From Nitrospira sp. (GTDB taxonomy: Bacteria > Nitrospirota > Nitrospiria > Nitrospirales > Nitrospiraceae): a DNA stretch of 64,000 nucleotides. Below the pieces are notes generated by a model. It had not been told where the DNA came from and made no database searches. It saw only the letters and a program-made list of their open reading frames with translations. Of this stretch, positions 62,524 through 64,000 are shown one piece after another; the first letter of the stretch is position 1; each line of letters starts with the position of its first letter. The stretch lies in assembly GCA_005116835.1 (NCBI GenBank), contig SWDM01000012.1, forward strand, positions 36,454 through 100,453. Reading direction: 5' to 3'. Position numbers and translations under genes: made by a program.

Positions 62524-64000
62524 ATGACAACCAGCTTTAACGTGAACAAAGCCGACCTGGAATTCATCCTCAAGCAAATCATTCTCGCCGAGACGACGTC
62601 GAAGGCGTACACCGACACACCGCTTACCATACTGGCGGCGATTCAGGCTGCCTTCGGCGTGTCGGCTACCCAGGCGGCGATACTGCCGTTCGGCCTACGC
62701 ACCGTCGACGGTTCGGACAACAATCTCATACCGGGCCAGGGCGACTTCGGCGCCGCCGATACGCTCTTCCCGCGGTTGACCGATCCGGTGTTCATGAACG
62801 AACAAGACGGTGATCAGATGCCGCTCGGCGGGCCGACGGTCATCACGAACACCAACTATGACCCGACGATTCCTGGGTCGCACAGCGTGGCCGATGCCGA
62901 CCCGCGCATCATCTCCAACCTGATCGCGGACATGACCGCCGGCAACCCGGCGGCGGTTGAAGCAGCGCTGAAGTACTTGGTCTTTACCGGTGCGATCGCC
63001 GAAGCCGATGCCGCCGCCGCCGCCCCTGCCATCGCCGCAGCGTATGCGCTGACCGTTCAGACGAGGGTCGCTGCCGCGCCGGCAAACGTGGCCGCGCTCC
63101 TGGCGACAGTCACTACGGAGATCGGCGAACAAGCCATCGCGCAGGGTGCCTATAACGCTGCGGTTCTGGCCGATGCCGGGAATGCCGACAACGCGGCCGA
63201 CGCCGGTGCATTGAGCAACCTTGTTGCCAACGCGAAGGCAACGGTGGACGCGCTATACGCATCGATTATCGTGGACACGGACAGTCCCTTTGACGGCGTG
63301 CTCGATGTCAATGTGTTGGATGCTGCAAACTTGGCCGCGGCAGTTGCTGCCGCCGACGCCGCGAGTGTCGCTGCATCGGCTTTGGTGACACAGCTTGGTG
63401 GGTTACACCCAGAATTTGCCAACGCACAGGCCGTTGAGACCAATGCAATTGCGCTGGTCGCAGCCATGGCAGCGGTCTCCATTGCTTTGGCAGATTCAAT
63501 AGTCGACGGAACAGATGGTTCAGACTTGGTGGCAGCACAATCGTTGGCAAATGCCAATGTCGCGCCAGCGCAGAGCCTCACTGTCGACTTGACCGCCTTG
63601 GTAGATCTAAGCGGTCAGGTTGCCACGACCCTGACCGCTCTCAATATGGCCAATACGGAATTGGCAGCTGCGCAGACGGCGTATGACGCCGCCAGCAACC
63701 CTGCAACCGTGGCAGCGGCCGATGCGGCCCTAGCCGCCACCCTAGCTACCTACGGCGTCGAGGTCGATCCATCCGGCAGTTTGGTCATCCCCAACACAGC
63801 GCCGGACGCAGGACTGACGGCGCCGTTCAACGCGGCGATGACGTTCTTCGGCCAGTTCTTCGACCATGGTCTCGATTTGGTCACCAAGGGCAAAGCTGGT
63901 ACCGTCTACATCCCGCTGATGGCGGACGATCCTCTCATTGCCGGCGCCGATGGCATACTCGGCAACGCGGATGACTTGCCCGCGCACTTGCGCTTCATGG
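62524..64000 (+). CDS. Animal-haem-peroxidase-family protein, N-terminal part (runs off the window)
   Basis: AGGAGG (62514-62519) then ATG 62524. Frame read by hand is open to 64000, so it is absent from the ORF track. Motifs are LRTVDGSDNNL, FPR and MTFFGQFFDHGLD. Confidence 0.8.
   Translation, partial: MTTSFNVNKADLEFILKQIILAETTSKAYTDTPLTILAAIQAAFGVSATQAAILPFGLRTVDGSDNNLIPGQGDFGAADTLFPRLTDPVFMNEQDGDQMPLGGPTVITNTNYDPTIPGSHSVADADPRIISNLIADMTAGNPAAVEAALKYLVFTGAIAEADAAAAAPAIAAAYALTVQTRVAAAPANVAALLATVTTEIGEQAIAQGAYNAAVLADAGNADNAADAGALSNLVANAKATVDALYASIIVDTDSPFDGVLDVNVLDAANLAAAVAAADAASVAASALVTQLGGLHPEFANAQAVETNAIALVAAMAAVSIALADSIVDGTDGSDLVAAQSLANANVAPAQSLTVDLTALVDLSGQVATTLTALNMANTELAAAQTAYDAASNPATVAAADAALAATLATYGVEVDPSGSLVIPNTAPDAGLTAPFNAAMTFFGQFFDHGLDLVTKGKAGTVYIPLMADDPLIAGADGILGNADDLPAHLRFM

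Noticed and set aside
62695-63987. Three minus-strand ORFs (62695-63132, 63150-63581, 63742-63987)
   Set aside because: They are antisense to the open peroxidase frame, which carries the diagnostic motifs. The Ala-rich GCN codon runs keep the opposite strand open.

Overview
This 64-kb chromosomal window is mostly housekeeping genes on both strands. The repeat style and gene content remind me of Nitrospira-like (Nitrospirota) genomes, but that is recollection, not a search result.

Recognisable genes:
- Translation and nucleotide metabolism: the rpsB-tsf-pyrH-frr-alr operon.
- Central metabolism: zwf-gnd, ltaE, proA.
- DNA repair: ung.
- Cofactor and redox genes: moaB, three ferredoxins (Rieske, thioredoxin-like 2Fe-2S and YfhL types), a SirC-like siroheme enzyme, a thioredoxin.
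- Signalling: a V4R/GAF hybrid histidine kinase and a HEAT-repeat plus HD-GYP pair.
- Others: a ParE/Phd toxin-antitoxin pair and several transporters.

I recognised no rRNA, tRNA or CRISPR array.

Five things stand out:
1. An approximately 125-bp palindromic MITE/REP-like element is present in 11 copies. Most copies sit directly on the stop codon of a co-oriented upstream gene, and the two arms show matching (compensatory) substitutions.
2. At least seven families of 7-nt-periodic (STRR-like) inverted repeats fill the intergenic gaps.
3. A co-directional eight-gene cluster (49225-57974) is built around a GlmL/MutL-like ASKHA ATPase, four unrecognised membrane proteins and an extended MEMO-family protein. 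This is my best candidate for an undescribed system.
4. An AT-rich island (about 33.4-42.4 kb) carries a degraded IS graveyard and a secreted lipoprotein, astacin and caspase trio.
5. An animal-haem-peroxidase-family gene runs off the 3' edge. It has an approximately 300-aa Ala-rich insertion and is preceded by three tandem units of about 120-150 bp.

All coordinates and motifs come from reading the sequence. All family assignments are motif-level recognition without database searches.
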